In this document: piece after piece, positions 40,375-53,310 of the stretch | Numbering within the stretch: position 1 is the first letter of the stretch | How the letters are laid out: each line of letters starts with the position of its first letter | Source: Eledone cirrhosa | Taxonomy: Eukaryota | Reading direction: 5' to 3' | DNA: 64,000 bases | Assembly (NCBI GenBank): GCA_964016885.1 | Contig: OZ024741.1 | Location: 113,336,001 to 113,400,000, forward strand | Notes under the pieces: model-generated | What the model saw: only the letters and a program-made list of their open reading frames with translations | Told to the model about the DNA's origin: nothing | Database searches by the model: none | Translations under genes and position numbers: made by a program

Positions 40375-41190
40375 TCATTGCATGGAAATATAGGGCTCAT
40401 TTGAGGTCTTTGGATGCATCACTTCTGCACCCTCACTCTTGGCCTGGCTGTCTATGCTTTTCAATCCTAGAGCATTGTCCACGGAAATTCCCAGAGTCTG
40501 GATAGCGTTTCGTCCCAGCAAATTAAGATCAGGGATCTTGGTGACGATGTAGGGTATTGAATTCCGTTTACCGGTCGTTGGATCCTTGGTTTGGCCCATG
40601 AAAGTTCCCAGAACGGGCAGGTCGTGCTTGCTGGCAGATTCAAACCGATGTTTGACATCTTGCAGCTTCGGTTTTCCTAATTGTTTCCAAACTGACAAGG
40701 AAACAAAATTGCCTGTAGTAGCTGTGTCCAATTCCATTGTGAAAAGTCTGTTCAGGATTGTTATTGGCACATTCAAACTATGAGTATCGTGGGGAACTTC
40801 ACCAAGGATCGCCTTGACTAGCTCAGCTTTCGTGATTCTTTTCACGTAATTCTGTGAGCGATGATTACGTTGTTGATGTTGTTTCTTTCTACACACCGCT
40901 TGCAAATGTCCCTTTTTGTCACAAAAATGACATTTGGCTTCTTTGAAGGGGCAGTCTGTCGCTTTGTGGGCCTTTCCACATCGGTAGCACATCTCCTGGT
41001 CTGTGGAATAAGACTGCTGATGGTTCTTTCGAGGACCCTTGTTCAGCGACGCCAATAAACTCTGTTGTTCAGAATCTCGAGCACCAAACAGTTTTATCAG
41101 AGTGTCCATATCTTTCTTGTGTTGTTGCATTTGTTGTTCCATCTGTTCTCTAAACAACTTTATTAGCTCCGCTGTTTGTTGTTCCGCCAT
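40375..41190 (-). CDS. gag: Gag (capsid domain missing) plus aspartic protease, same frame as pol
   Basis: MAEQQ..., two zinc knuckles CYRCGKAHKATDC and CHFCDKKGHLQAVC, protease LDTAT and NLLGRN; TGA at 40375-40377 lies four codons upstream of the pol ATG. Confidence 0.9.
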   Translation of the reverse strand: MAEQQTAELIKLFREQMEQQMQQHKKDMDTLIKLFGARDSEQQSLLASLNKGPRKNHQQSYSTDQEMCYRCGKAHKATDCPFKEAKCHFCDKKGHLQAVCRKKQHQQRNHRSQNYVKRITKAELVKAILGEVPHDTHSLNVPITILNRLFTMELDTATTGNFVSLSVWKQLGKPKLQDVKHRFESASKHDLPVLGTFMGQTKDPTTGKRNSIPYIVTKIPDLNLLGRNAIQTLGISVDNALGLKSIDSQAKSEGAEVMHPKTSNEPYISMQ

Positions 41191-41845
41191 GTTTTTATGA
41201 TAAACAATTTCCCGGCAATGTAGGTAAATCTTTTCGGCGACGCCAATAAACTCTGTTGTATTCCTCTCGGTACTCGCAGAGAAAACACGAGTTATATCAA
41301 ATAATTTGTGTATTGTACGAAACAACCAAAACGCCCCTCCTCACAGTAGCAGAATAACATAAAGTAAGTGACAGCAGCAGTCTGTGACCGAGTTTTTAAT
41401 ACCAACGCTGACTGACTGCCCAGGTCACGTGATTCATATGCAAATGTGTGAGCACGTGTAAATTGAATTAAACGAATTTAACAGTCCATACAACAATGAG
41501 GTTGTGAGTTCGATTCCCAGTCCATACAACACCTTGCAATTTTATGCAAGACGTTAAGTTATGTTCCAAACTTAATAATGAGCAAGTTAGTTATATTACT
41601 AAATCCCTCCAAAGTCTGTTGCTGTCTTGTCCGTGGGGTGCAGCCCTTCTGCCCCATGTCCTAGGCCCAACGCCCAATCCCTCCCCTTTCACCCCTCCCT
41701 TCTCTTCTGCGACACTAGAGTTCTTGCCCTCCCCTCTCCTTCCCGTTTTTTTTCTTTTTTTTCTATATTTTCTATATATTTTCCTATTCTTTTTTTTTCT
41801 TTTGTTCCCTTTTCTCTTTTTTTATTATTGCTGTTATTATTGTTG

Positions 41846-41885
<40 letters not shown>

Positions 41886-42529
41886 TGTAAATAAAAATGA
41901 ACACAAAAGGTATATCGTTTTCAAAAGGATTTTGAAATTGTAGGCAGTGTCATACTTCAAAAATATATTATCAAAAGGGTTAAAATATAACAAATGGTGA
42001 ATGTGAATAATATTTCCATACTGAATCCCACAACTATATTATATATAACTGATGTTTTTAATTGTATTCCATAGAAAACCATATAATAACAACATTTACC
42101 CATAACTAGTACAACAGAAAAAAATGCAAATCTTCAACAATTACTTTATTCATTATTCGTATATTTCAGTGCATTATGTCCTTGAGCAAGACACTTTATT
42201 TCACGTTGCTATTTCTGTCTGGATTTGTGACCGACAGATAGTGTCAGTAATTGGAAATACCAATGTAAACATTGTTTCCTTGGTCCGATTGGATGAGCTC
42301 TACCCCCGTCATTGAGTGAATGAGGTCTGGGATCTTGTCGAAGTTATGTTCCAATCCCCAACTTAATATTATATTACAGTATGCCTCCAAATTCTTGATT
42401 ATTTTCAAATTTATTCAAACATCATAAGCAGTTTCTTTCATCACTGATATAGTAACAAATGGGTTAACTTGAGATGTGATGCAGTGTTTGTGACTCATGA
42501 CTGTATAATCTGAATTCAAATCCAATTCC

Positions 42530-42930
42530 AGGGTCTTCTCACTCCTGTTGGAAGAACTTCTCCCTGGTTGACCTCCACTACTTCTGTGGGGCCAAGATCA
42601 GATTGTCATGCCATCTTACCTTTAGCTGCCCACTGGTTCTTCTCCACTGCCTTGGTGTCCACTCTGTTGCTCTAATATTCTACCTGTTGTCTCTGAAACA
42701 AGAGATGTGGCCAGCCCACCTATGTGACCAGCCCTTCCTGATGTTCTTCATTATGTCTTTCACTCCAGTCTGCTGTTAAATCTAGGTGCTGCTATTCTTG
42801 TCACATAATGTGATGCTGAGCTTGATTCACTCCATTTTATGTTGAGAAATTGCATGAGTCTTTGCAGTGGTGGTTTTGAGTGTCTATGTCTCACTTCCAT
42901 AAATCATCACCAATAGAACACATTCATTAA
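42530..42930 (-). mobile_element. Highly degraded RTE-like LINE 3' fragment
   Basis: Minus-strand remnants resembling YGSET...RAGHIGGLATS; many stops. Confidence 0.45.
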
Positions 42931-44300
42931 AAAGAATTATTCTGGTTTCAATTATATTCACTTAGTGAGCTGAGACTTCAGTAAGCTGTAATCTCTTATT
43001 CTAAAGCTAGAAGATCTGTTCAATTCAGGGTGATTTAGTTATGATAGAGTAAATAGATTTGTAATATATATCTAGAGATTGGTAGGTATTTCTAAGATAG
43101 TGTTGCAATTCTGCAATTTAATCTTTTTGATAAAATTTAATAGAAAAAATAAAGAAAGAAATTTTGCCTTCACATTGATTAAATACATCACAACCTACTT
43201 TTTTGTTTATTTATTTATTTATTTTTATTATTTATTTTTCGACTCTGCTTTAGGGTGGAATGTACTTCTGAGATATTAAGTCAGAGACTTATTGACTTTG
43301 TTCTCATTGCCTATAGCGACTATTCAGTGTGGCATGTACAGCTAATCTCTAAATTTCATTACAATAAAGATTCAAACTAATTAATTCCAAGCTATGATTT
43401 GGAAGGTTGGTTGATAATGAATTGATTCTATACTGCTTTACTTAAAAAGCTAACAGAATAGCGGAACAACAACACACAATACAGTAAGCCAGCATTTTAC
43501 ACAGTTCTTAACTCTTTAAACACCAATCTGCTAGAAACTGGCTTCATCAATGTTCCAATATAAATTCAAACCTTGGTCTAAACTCTCATTATTATATAAC
43601 AGATAACATTAGATTTCAGTTGTTAAACATTTGTCTTTTATTATTATGTTGAAATAAAGAAAGCATTATTATGTTGAAAGTTATCTGCTTTGTTGTATAT
43701 AGTTACTGAGCTTTATGTTCTTAGCTTAAATCTCACTAGGGCCAATTTTGCTTTTCATCCTTCCGAGGTCAATAAAATAAAATACCACTTTCCCTTCCCT
43801 TAAAAATTGCTGGCAATGAGCCTAAAATGAGAAACCACCATTAAGTTGAAAAGTATTTCCCTAAACCTTTCATAATTCTTGATTATTTTTATAACTAAAA
43901 CACAAAGGCAAAATATTGGTGCTAGAAATATCTTCATAAAAAGGTTAAATACTGTGGTTTTGAACAAAATGCCGTAAACTGTTAACATCTTGTTTTTCAC
44001 AAAACTGATCACCTACTGGATGTGGAAGGAAAAAACTCTAATCCCTACCACTATCATTTCTTTACTGATGTTTCTCAACCTCTAGAGAACTTAGCATTAT
44101 AACTCCTCCAAAACATAGATGTATGCAGATGCTTTTATAGAGATGTCTTGAACATACATGGATTTTGAATAATATGAGAGAGCTAGAGAAATAATTAAAT
44201 GCATGAGATGTAAGACCACTGTAGTGGAACACAAGCAGTTTGTATTCTATTCTATTTATTTTTGTATATTCCATTATATTTGATCATGTTGTAGATATAC

Positions 44301-44542
44301 TTAACTCTTTCATTACTGTATTACTGGTAAAACATTGCTTATAACTTTCAATTCATTAAAAAAATTATCATGAATTTAGAAGGATTCAGTAATATAATTT
44401 CTTTCATTTTTAAGCAAAAAATTTTTGTTTGCATAAAATTATGATGGAAGGATTAAATTTCAAATATTAACACTTTATAAGAAAAGGTTTTGTATCACAG
44501 AACCAAGCTTGGTGTCTTTTGGTTTGGTATCAAAAGAGGTAA
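44301..44542. mobile_element. Short MITE with TTAA-C(C/T)CTTT termini (piggyBac-like)
   Basis: TTAACTCTTTCATTAC...GGTATCAAAAGAGGTAA; related ends near 5060, 17927, 22062, 28468, 41982, 46556, 48473. Confidence 0.6.
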
Positions 44543-44592
44543 AAGATAGAATCACATCATTTGGTGTTGTTTTGGTTCATAAATATAATAAA

Positions 44593-45500
44593 CTAGCAGT
44601 AAAGCCCGGCGTTGCTCGGGGTCGCTCAGTAGCTGTGTTAAAGTTACAATGTTAAGTTTCTTTTTTGGCTTAAAAACTGTAGTGTCTACTGTGCAGACTT
44701 GCATGTGGTGTTTTTGATTAATATTCCCTCAACCAACAGTATGCCTTATGAAGTTAAGAAAACATAACGATAACCCGAATGTTATAACAAAAGAGGATGC
44801 TGGGGATAAAAACTGCACTGGTTATTTATTAACAAAGATCGAAAATGTAAACACTGCAACGCAGAGAAAAACATTAGCGTAACTAAATTATCAGTTATGT
44901 CTGTCTGCACGCCTATATCACCTCTCTGCACGACTATCTGTCTGCACGCCTATATCACCTCTCTGCACGACTGTCTGTCTGCACGCCTATATCACCTCTC
45001 TGCACGACTGTCTGTCTGCACGCCTATATCACCTATCTGCACGACTGTCTGTCTGCACGACTGTCTGTCTGCACGCCTAACGACGAAATATTTGCTTGTT
45101 TTACGTAGTCTTTAAATAGACTTGTTTTCAAGTAAAAATATTGTTTTAAAATGCTTTTAAATGGAAATGAAGCAAAACGGAAGCTTAGTGTTCGAACTGA
45201 TGAATTTTGCAGGTCAATATTTTGCTGGCTCGACAACTGTTAAAGCCAGCGTAATTTTTTACAAGACGCTCAATGTAAACAGAACAAAGGGAAATAACTG
45301 ATAACGCTCAAAAATCGATACATTATATTCGATTTCGTCACATAAGGTGGGTCAATTTGAAATTTTTTTTTTCCGATGTCTTCGCTAGGGCTCACTGTAC
45401 AAGTATAGCAATTTCGGTGCAATTCCGTGAGAGATTCTAAGAGGAGATGTGTGCCAAAAATCGATAGACAGACAGACAACCACAGTTTTATATATATAGA
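44593..45500 (-). mobile_element. Non-autonomous Helitron carrying a ~37-bp minisatellite (44898-45080)
   Basis: Minus strand TCTATATATATAAAA...CCCGAGCAACGCCGGG...CTAG; A|T insertion site. Confidence 0.85.
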
Positions 45501-46684
45501 TTACACCTAAGATTTAGAAAAAGATATTGTAATCTCTTTTCAGTTTGAATTCAATTTCTTTTCTGATTACAGAAAGTACTGTGAAATGTCTGAGAGTATA
45601 TTTCAGGCATAACTGTTCGTTGACAAAAAATGTATAGTGAAAAGAAAAGTTTTTAAAATGTATATATATTAGACTAATTTTGAATGTGTTTTAATTAGAG
45701 GAATAACATGAAAGAAAATATAGAAAGGATAGATATCATGATATTAAAAATATATCAATAAAAGCCCATATAAAAATCTTCTTACATTTGCAAAGTAATA
45801 TCTTAAGTTATATATGATATATAAAAAAAGTATATTTTAGATGAAATATGAAATATTTTTGCTACCTAATTCAATTGATATCACAATTTTCTTATGTTTT
45901 GAATTATGTATACGAAACCTCAATGTCAAATGGTTTTACACAACACACAACAACCATCTTAAGACTATTTTCTTTGCTCCATAATAGACTTCATACTCAT
46001 CATGGGGTTATTTTTGAGGCAATGATTCACAACCTTTTTAGTTGCCTCTTACAGCATGCAGGAATGCAATGAACTTCGTTTCAAGCAGTGATAGAAATGA
46101 CTTTAGAAACAAGTGGTACACTACAATCTGTGAGACTGCCAATGGGAAACAGGGGATTGGATGTCATTATTCCTTTGCATGCACCGTCCCTCTTTTTTTA
46201 TAATTGATTTCAAGTCTAAAACCTGCATAGTATTTGCATGTTGGAAAGTTTAAAAATTCAATGAAAAAAAATTCGTTTGAGTATATTAATATTTTCATTA
46301 CCATATTTCTAATGAAATTCATTGAATTTGAATTAGTTGTTGAAGAATTTAAAGAGATTTATTTATTATTTCATTATTAAGATGTTACTTAGTAAAATAA
46401 ACACTCTCATTATATAAAACAAATTCGCCATATCTCACTTAACAAAAGTAAGAGTACGTTGGAAGGTATCGATTTAAACAGGAACCTTTTAAAATGGTTG
46501 TTTTTGGTCTCACAGAACCAGAGGTAGTTTTGGGTAGGGTGGTATGAAAAGAGTTAACAATTGTTTCTAGTTAAGTTACAAGGGCAGTAATTTGATTGGA
46601 TTGGATCAGATGAAGTTATCAAATCGATGAAAGTCAAAGTTGACCTTGGCAGGATTTGAACTTGTAATTTAAAGTGCTGGAACA

Positions 46685-47411
46685 TCTATATATCTAAAAC
46701 AGAGAATGTCTGTATATCCCCCTAAAACTCGAGAACCACCCAACCGATCTTTTTCAAACTTTACACATGTAATACTTATGGTTGTGTAAGTGTTTGGAGC
46801 AAATAAGATTTCAAATTTTCACTGCCCTAGGGACCGCATTAGGCGCCGGTTAACGATCTCTCTCTCTCTCTTTCTTAGTCTGTCTTTTTAGATAGATACA
46901 TAGCTATAACGTCGCGCCCTTATAATATATGTCTGGCTGTCTGCATTACGACATTATGAAAACCTGTGTGTGTATATATGTATATATATAGTGTGTGTAT
47001 ATATATATATATTGTTCTCGTTGCTGAAGTATTATCTTCGCTATTTTCCGTTCATTGCCAGGGGACGTCTTCACGAATCAAAGTATCGTCTTCCTGTTTT
47101 CCTTCGGTTCCAACGTTTTTCAAAATATTTACTTCTGCGTTCACAGATTGATCTTTTTAGTTTCAGAAGATCCCGTTAAGGGTGAAAGCAGCTGTTATTT
47201 TAATATATATATCATTATGTATTTGTGGACAGATATTTTTCAATACACAAAAATAAAATATAAACAAACATATTTATTTCATGAAAGCACAAAATGTAAA
47301 CACCATCCTGAGGCTGAGGTATTCCGTACTTCTCTGTACTGTTTCAGAAAGGAGGGATAAACATGCTAATCTATGTTTAGAATCCCGAGCAACGCCGGGC
47401 CATTCTGCTAG
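46685..47411 (+). mobile_element. Non-autonomous Helitron
   Basis: A|TCTATATATCTAAAA...CCCGAGCAACGCCGGG-CCATTCTG-CTAG|T; internal parts recur at 34980-35170 and 55150-55830. Confidence 0.88.
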
Positions 47412-48640
47412 TATACTATAAAGCAATTTCTCTAATGTTCTAACGATTCTGAAATTCACTGCCGTTTTGAGTATATTATAATAATGTTATGTTGCACTTA
47501 GAGACCAAATTTCAACTATTAGATTTCAACCTGTGACCAACGTAAATGAAACTTACAATACATTTACACATATACACACCACACATACACACACACAAAG
47601 GATATTTTATTCATAAGATTAAAGGCTACACTGATGATTCTAATGAAGGGAAGAGATAGCTTTTCTGGTTGTGGTTGGAGAAAACTTGTGAGATGATATC
47701 TCAGAAGAGCAACAGCAGCTGCAGCAATCAAGTGTCTTCTCAGTACTGTTTATCATATCAGCTGTCTCCATCTGGTGTCATGTCATCACAAATTTACTAT
47801 CTTCTCAGCATCTTGGGAATTTAAAATTCTGTCCTTTTTTAAAATTTATAGTTGTTATCCTGTTTGAATTCCTTCTTTGAAATCTTTTCTATATATTTAT
47901 ATTTTGTTGAGGTGTCAAGCTGTAGTTATAAGATCTTAACAACTGAGGTTGTGATCTGTTTTAAATTTCTAGTTAAAATTGTTTCACCTTACATTATTGA
48001 AACTTTGCATAAGCATGCATGCCCCAATGTTGCAATTAACTCTTATGATAGCAAGCTACTTGAAACTGCTCCTAGTTCTATGATTCAAAGCTGTTTGTTT
48101 TAAAGTGTTTAAATTTATTTTTAAATGTTCCATCATAATGTTATGTAAGAACTATTGCTAAGCTATACTTACTTCAAAAACATCAACATAATGAGAAAAA
48201 TAGTTATATTACTGAATCCTTTCAAATTTTTGATTATTTTCAAAATAATTTTATCATTGTAGACTTTCATTAGAAATATAGAAACAAAAAGGTTAAAAAT
48301 TTATATTGATCTAAAATCCTTCCATCATAATTATATGTAAGAACCTTCGTTAAGTTATGTTCTAAACAGTGGTTTCTTAACAAGAAAGTTAGATTACTAT
48401 CTAAAGTTTGATTAATTTCAAAATTATTTGAAAATGGTGTCTTTCATTAGCAATATGGTACTGAAAGGGTTAATAGCACTTAATATAAGGTAGAGAATTG
48501 GCAGAAACTTTAGAACCACAGGATTTCAAGAAGTTGACTAAATATTTTTCTGTTGTCTTTGTTTTGTGTGCCCCATTTTTTATTCATATATATATATATC
48601 ATCATCATCATCATCACCGTTTTACGTCCGTTCTTCCATG

Positions 48641-48697
<57 letters not shown>

Positions 48698-49403
48698 TTA
48701 AGGCGATGAATTTGTTTTGCAAGGTTTTTGATATGAAATTGTGTGTCGAAACAAATATTGTTATACTTGGGGAGGGTCATATTGTTATAATATTGCCAGA
48801 AATAACTCTTATATATAAGGAAAATGATAAAAAATGGGGTTGAAAAGTGTACCTGGTATATACATAAAATATCTTTATAACTTGTACAAAAACTGATGTT
48901 AGCAAAGCCTGCTTTCTCCATTTGGGATTATAATATTAAGTTATTAGGTTAAATGTTTTTTGTGTTAAAACTCCTGCATGCTGATTTTCGACCACATTGG
49001 TTGAGAATCAACATGCATATATATAAATATATATATGTGTATGTATCTATTATTGCACCATCAGATTTAAGTCTAATCGGTTCGTTGTAACTTATTCTAT
49101 TCTATTTTTTCCTCGGTTACTCTCTTGCATGTCCCCCCTCCATTCGGTCTATTTACCTCGTTTTTTTTCTCTTTCTTCCTCTCTCCTCACTACTTTTCCT
49201 TTTTTCTTTTCTTTCCCTTGTGGCCTTTTGATTGATAAAAGGCCTTGGGCGTGCTGCTGATCGCTTTTGATGTTCTGTTTTAAGCGCCGAAACATCTATG
49301 TTCTGCGGTTAACAGCTGATGAAGGATTTCTTATCTTGTTTCATCCATATTACTATCTTAAACTTTGTTTACAGTAACCACACAGCTCGCTTTGTTTCTT
49401 GTA

Positions 49404-49441
<38 letters not shown>

Positions 49442-49619
49442 AGAGAGAGATTGTGTGAGCTGGAGATGGATGGTCATCTGCTCTGGCTTGGCTAACATCT
49501 GGACAATTCATCTAACCCATGTTGGGTGTTAAACAGTGATAATGATATATATATATTATATATGGGTGTTAAACAGTGATAATGATATATATATATTATA
49601 TATGCATATCTTCTAGTTA

Positions 49620-50470
49620 TTGATAGATTCTGTACCCAAATTGGCAAAAACAAACTTGGATGTCTAAAATCTTCTCCCAAGATAGTGATTGTTCATGAAG
49701 CAAGGTTAAGCCTAACTCACTTGTTGATAGAAGAATCCAAGAAATGCAAATGGCTAACTGGTCAGTTTAAATGCAAAAGAAAACTGCTTGCTACTTGGCT
49801 TCCTCTATGAGTAGAACAATTAAAATCATTTAAAATAATGATTAAAAATACAAAATAGGAAGCAAAATTACTCCATAACACTATCACACAGTCAATCTCT
49901 TTTAACAGCTGGGTCTGCTACACAGACGGGGCACATTCAGACTAGGGAATGGGTTGTGGAGCTACTTGGTCTTTCAAAAATAATTTTAGAGATATAAACT
50001 TCAGATTACATTGGGATTACACTATATTTGATGCAGAATTATGGGGAATTACATTATCCATAGATTCAGCTAAGAAATTACCAAATATTTTGAGGGTAAA
50101 ATCGTTTAACAAATAAATAATTAGTTAAGAGTGGGAAACATTTAGGGAAGAATCCAGAGATAAGCTCTCAAATTTCGATCACCCATTTTCTCAACCAGAT
50201 TTGACAACATTGAGTAATGCAAATAAAAAAAAGACTATGCTGGCTTTGAACTGGACATATACCTTTGAACTATATTCTATCAAGAACAGGTCGTAGAGAT
50301 TGACCTCTATGTTCTAGTGGTGACTCTCCAGAAACTCTTTGGCACTATTTGTTCCAATGTAGAAACTATTAGTCTGAAAGTGAGGCCATGTTGAAACCAA
50401 TCTTTAAAAAATTACCAAGATTGGAAGTTCAATACAGGTCTACCAAATCTAAATAAAATCTGATGGAAGG
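49620..50470 (+). mobile_element. Degraded I-group LINE 3' part (RNase H plus CCHC finger)
   Basis: VCYTDGA and TIFDAELWGI (RNase H); TGHIPLNYIL...PLCSSGDSPETLWHYLFQC. Confidence 0.75.
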
Positions 50471-50661
50471 TACAAAAAGATTCAACAACAGAAACTTCTG
50501 TTTTACAGTTTTCCTTGTTTCCACTTTTCTTTTTCATTTTCTTCGGCATAATCTTTTGTGTACATCCATTCACTCATTCATTTACTGCCATTCTACCTTC
50601 CTGTGTCTCCCTCTCCATGCAGCCCCTTTTCGCTCTCGTTTTCTGGCAACTCCATATATAT

Positions 50662-52628
50662 AGGTGAGCTATGCTGCCCTCTTACCAGCACTTTCCCTTC
50701 CAACCACACACACCAGCCACCCACCCCTGATGCCGCTCGGTGCCCCAGTCCCTGGCCCCACGCCCCATCCCCCACCCTTCCAAATCGACACCTGCAGCAC
50801 TTGCGGCACCACTAACAAACGGAAGAGGGGCCGGAACTGCTTCCACCATCTCACCTGCGTTGTCTTGACTTGTCGAGCTTCCAATGCCCTTGCAGCGTGG
50901 AAGTGCAGGAGCTGCCTCTTCCCCGCGTCTTCCCAGCCAAGGCCGTCTGGCACACCACCAGATGGGACAGCGAGCTTGCTTGACGCCTGAGCCTCGCTGG
51001 TCAACATCGCTCGGCTCAGGCGGCTCCGGAAGATGCCACTCAGGATCCCGAGAGCAGCATGGGTGCCAGTAGCCGATGCCATCGCTTCCTCGATTGAGAG
51101 CGCCCTGGACTCCAATCGAGCCAGTGACTGAGAGCGGCTGTTCTATTTCACCCCACTCGCCCTCGGCCTCCCCAGCTCTGGCGCTGACCGGGGCGTCCGG
51201 TCAACAGCAGCCTTCGTCAAGGCCAATGTCTCGTCATTTGGGCGAGCGCCCATTCCAATCATGCCCAGGGACGCCACACACCCCACCCTCAGATATCCCC
51301 TATCCTCCACCCCCGAGGCCAGTGCCAAGCGTTTGCGTGACCAGGTAAACGCAAAGCTTATCATGGGTGATGTCTTGGCCACAGTCAGAGTTGTTGCCTC
51401 AGAAAACACTGTCCTCCAACCCACCGAGGAGATCCTGGCTGCTCTGCAGCTCAAACACCCTGAGCCACCCACTGATCTCAGACCCATACCCCCACCTGCT
51501 CCTTGTGGCTACTGATGCAGATATCATGTCCGCCATCAGGTCCTTCCCAGCTAGCAGCTGCGGAGGTGTTGATGGTCTCCGACCAGGCCATCTCAAGGAG
51601 TTGACATCCACCCTTTCCGCTGAGGCCGGGCACTGCTTTCTGAGTGCAATTGTGGCGCTCACCAATACGCTTATTTATGGTGCCCTCGACCCTTACGCCC
51701 GAGGCCCCTTTTTTTCGGCCAGCCTCACAGCTCTCAGGAGGAAAGAGGGTGGCATACGCCCCATTGCTGTGAGCAATGTCTTCCGGAGGCTGGCTGCCAA
51801 GGTGATCTGCAAGTCCGTCACACACGAACTGGGTGAGGAGTTTAGTCCGGTGCAACTCGGTGTCAGTGTGTCCGGTGGCTGTGAGGCAGCCTCTCATGCA
51901 ATCAGGCAGTTCTTCAGCAGCTGCCCATCAGTACCGGCATCCAGGGACTCCAGGCACCTCATTGTCAAGCTCGACATGAGGAATGCCTTTAACTCTTTAT
52001 GCCGGGATCATCTGCTCGAGGCCTGCCTCAGCCGAGCCCCCTCTGCCTACCCGTTGGCCTACCTGTCATATGGAGCCCCAAGCATGCTCCTAGCTGCTGA
52101 TACGGTCATACCTTCGGCTACTGGGGTCCAACAGGGCGAATCTTTGGGACCCCTCCTGTTTTGCCCTTGGTATTGACCACATCGCCCGGAGTATCACGGC
52201 CCCTCTCAACGTTTGGTATCTGAATGATGCTACATTGGGCAGGCCCGTATGGACGGTCTGCCAAGAGCTTCAATTGGTGATTCCTGCCCTGGCCAACTCG
52301 GCCAAGTCGGAGGTGGTGAACGTCAGCCTCAATGCTGCGAGCTTTGCAGCCTCCGTCTTGGACGTGCGGTCCATTCTCCGCCAGGTTCAGGTGACCCCCA
52401 AAGAGGATGTCCTCATCCTCGGGTCATCGATCCACCCGCCGGTCATCTGCTCCACCATCAGGTCCAGGCTTCAACAGCTCCAGACTCTCATGAGCCAACT
52501 GGGCTTGATTGACGGCCACCCAGCTCTCTTTCTGCTGAGGAACTGCTTCGCCATGCTGAAGCTCCTCTATACACTCCGCAATGCTACATGCTATACCCAG
52601 ACATCTCTCCTCGCTGACCTCGATACAA
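50662..52628 (+). mobile_element. CRE-clade non-LTR retrotransposon, pseudogenised and 3'-truncated
   Basis: PHD-like CSTC...HLTC...WKCRSC; RT motifs GGVDGLRPGHLK, GGIRPIAV, QLGV, KLDMRNAFN, GVQQGESLGPLLF, WYLND; frameshifts; no endonuclease seen. Confidence 0.85.
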
Positions 52629-52629
52629 A

Positions 52630-53310
52630 ACGGAGAACCCCCAAATAAAAACGGAACCCCCCAAATAAAAAACGGATCCCCCCCCCCCCAAAAAAAAAAA
52701 ACGGACTTCCCCCAAATGAAAAACGTATCCCCCCGAAGTAAAAAACGGATCCCCCCCCAAAAAACGGACACCCCCCAAATAAAAAACGGATCCCCCAAAT
52801 AAAAAAACCGATCTCCCCAAATAAAAAATGGACCCCCCCCCCCAAATAAAAAACGGACCCCACCAAATAAAAAACGGAACACCCTCCCAAATATAAAACG
52901 GACCCGCCTCAATAAAAAACGGACCCCCCAAATAAAAAACGGATCCCCTCCAAATAAAAAACGGACCCCACCAAATAAAAAACGGATCCCCCCAAATAAA
53001 AAACGGACCCTCCCAAATAAAAAACGGAACCCCCTCCCAAATATAAAACGAACCCGCCCCAATAAAAAACGGACCCCCCCCCCCAAAAAAAAACGGACCC
53101 CACCAAATAAAAAACGGATCCCCCCAAATAAAAAACGGACCCCCCCCCCAATAAAAAACGGAACCCCCTCCCAAATATAAAACGAACCCGCCCCAATAAA
53201 AAACGGACCCCCACCCTCCAAAAAAATAAAAAAACGGATCTCCCCCAAATAAAAAACGGACCCCCCTCCAAATAAAAAAACGGACCCCCTCCCCCAAATA
53301 AAAAACGGAT
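52630..53310. repeat. ~20-bp satellite (CCCCCAAATAAAAAACGGAC)n
   Basis: More than 30 units with variable homopolymer lengths. Confidence 0.95.

Larger units (their letters stand above)
37239..41531 (-). mobile_element. Gypsy LTR retrotransposon (Mag/K02A2.6-like) with both LTRs intact and internally deleted gag
   Basis: LTRs 37239-37523 and 41254-41531 (TG...CA; 3 substitutions, 2 small indels), 5-bp TSD CCTTG, PBS TGGCGTCGCC, PPT GGGGAGG, domain order PR-RT-RH-IN. Confidence 0.97.

Noticed and set aside
41191-41325. N-terminal 45 aa of the 316-aa ORF
   Set aside because: Lies in the LTR/PBS leader; the plausible gag start is the ATG at 41190
43254-43380. Plus-strand open frame after an AG (VECTSEILSQRLIDF...)
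   Set aside because: No recognisable motif or partner exons; this length can arise by chance
52424-53297. 237-274-aa Gly/Phe-rich ORFs
   Set aside because: Translations of the 20-bp satellite
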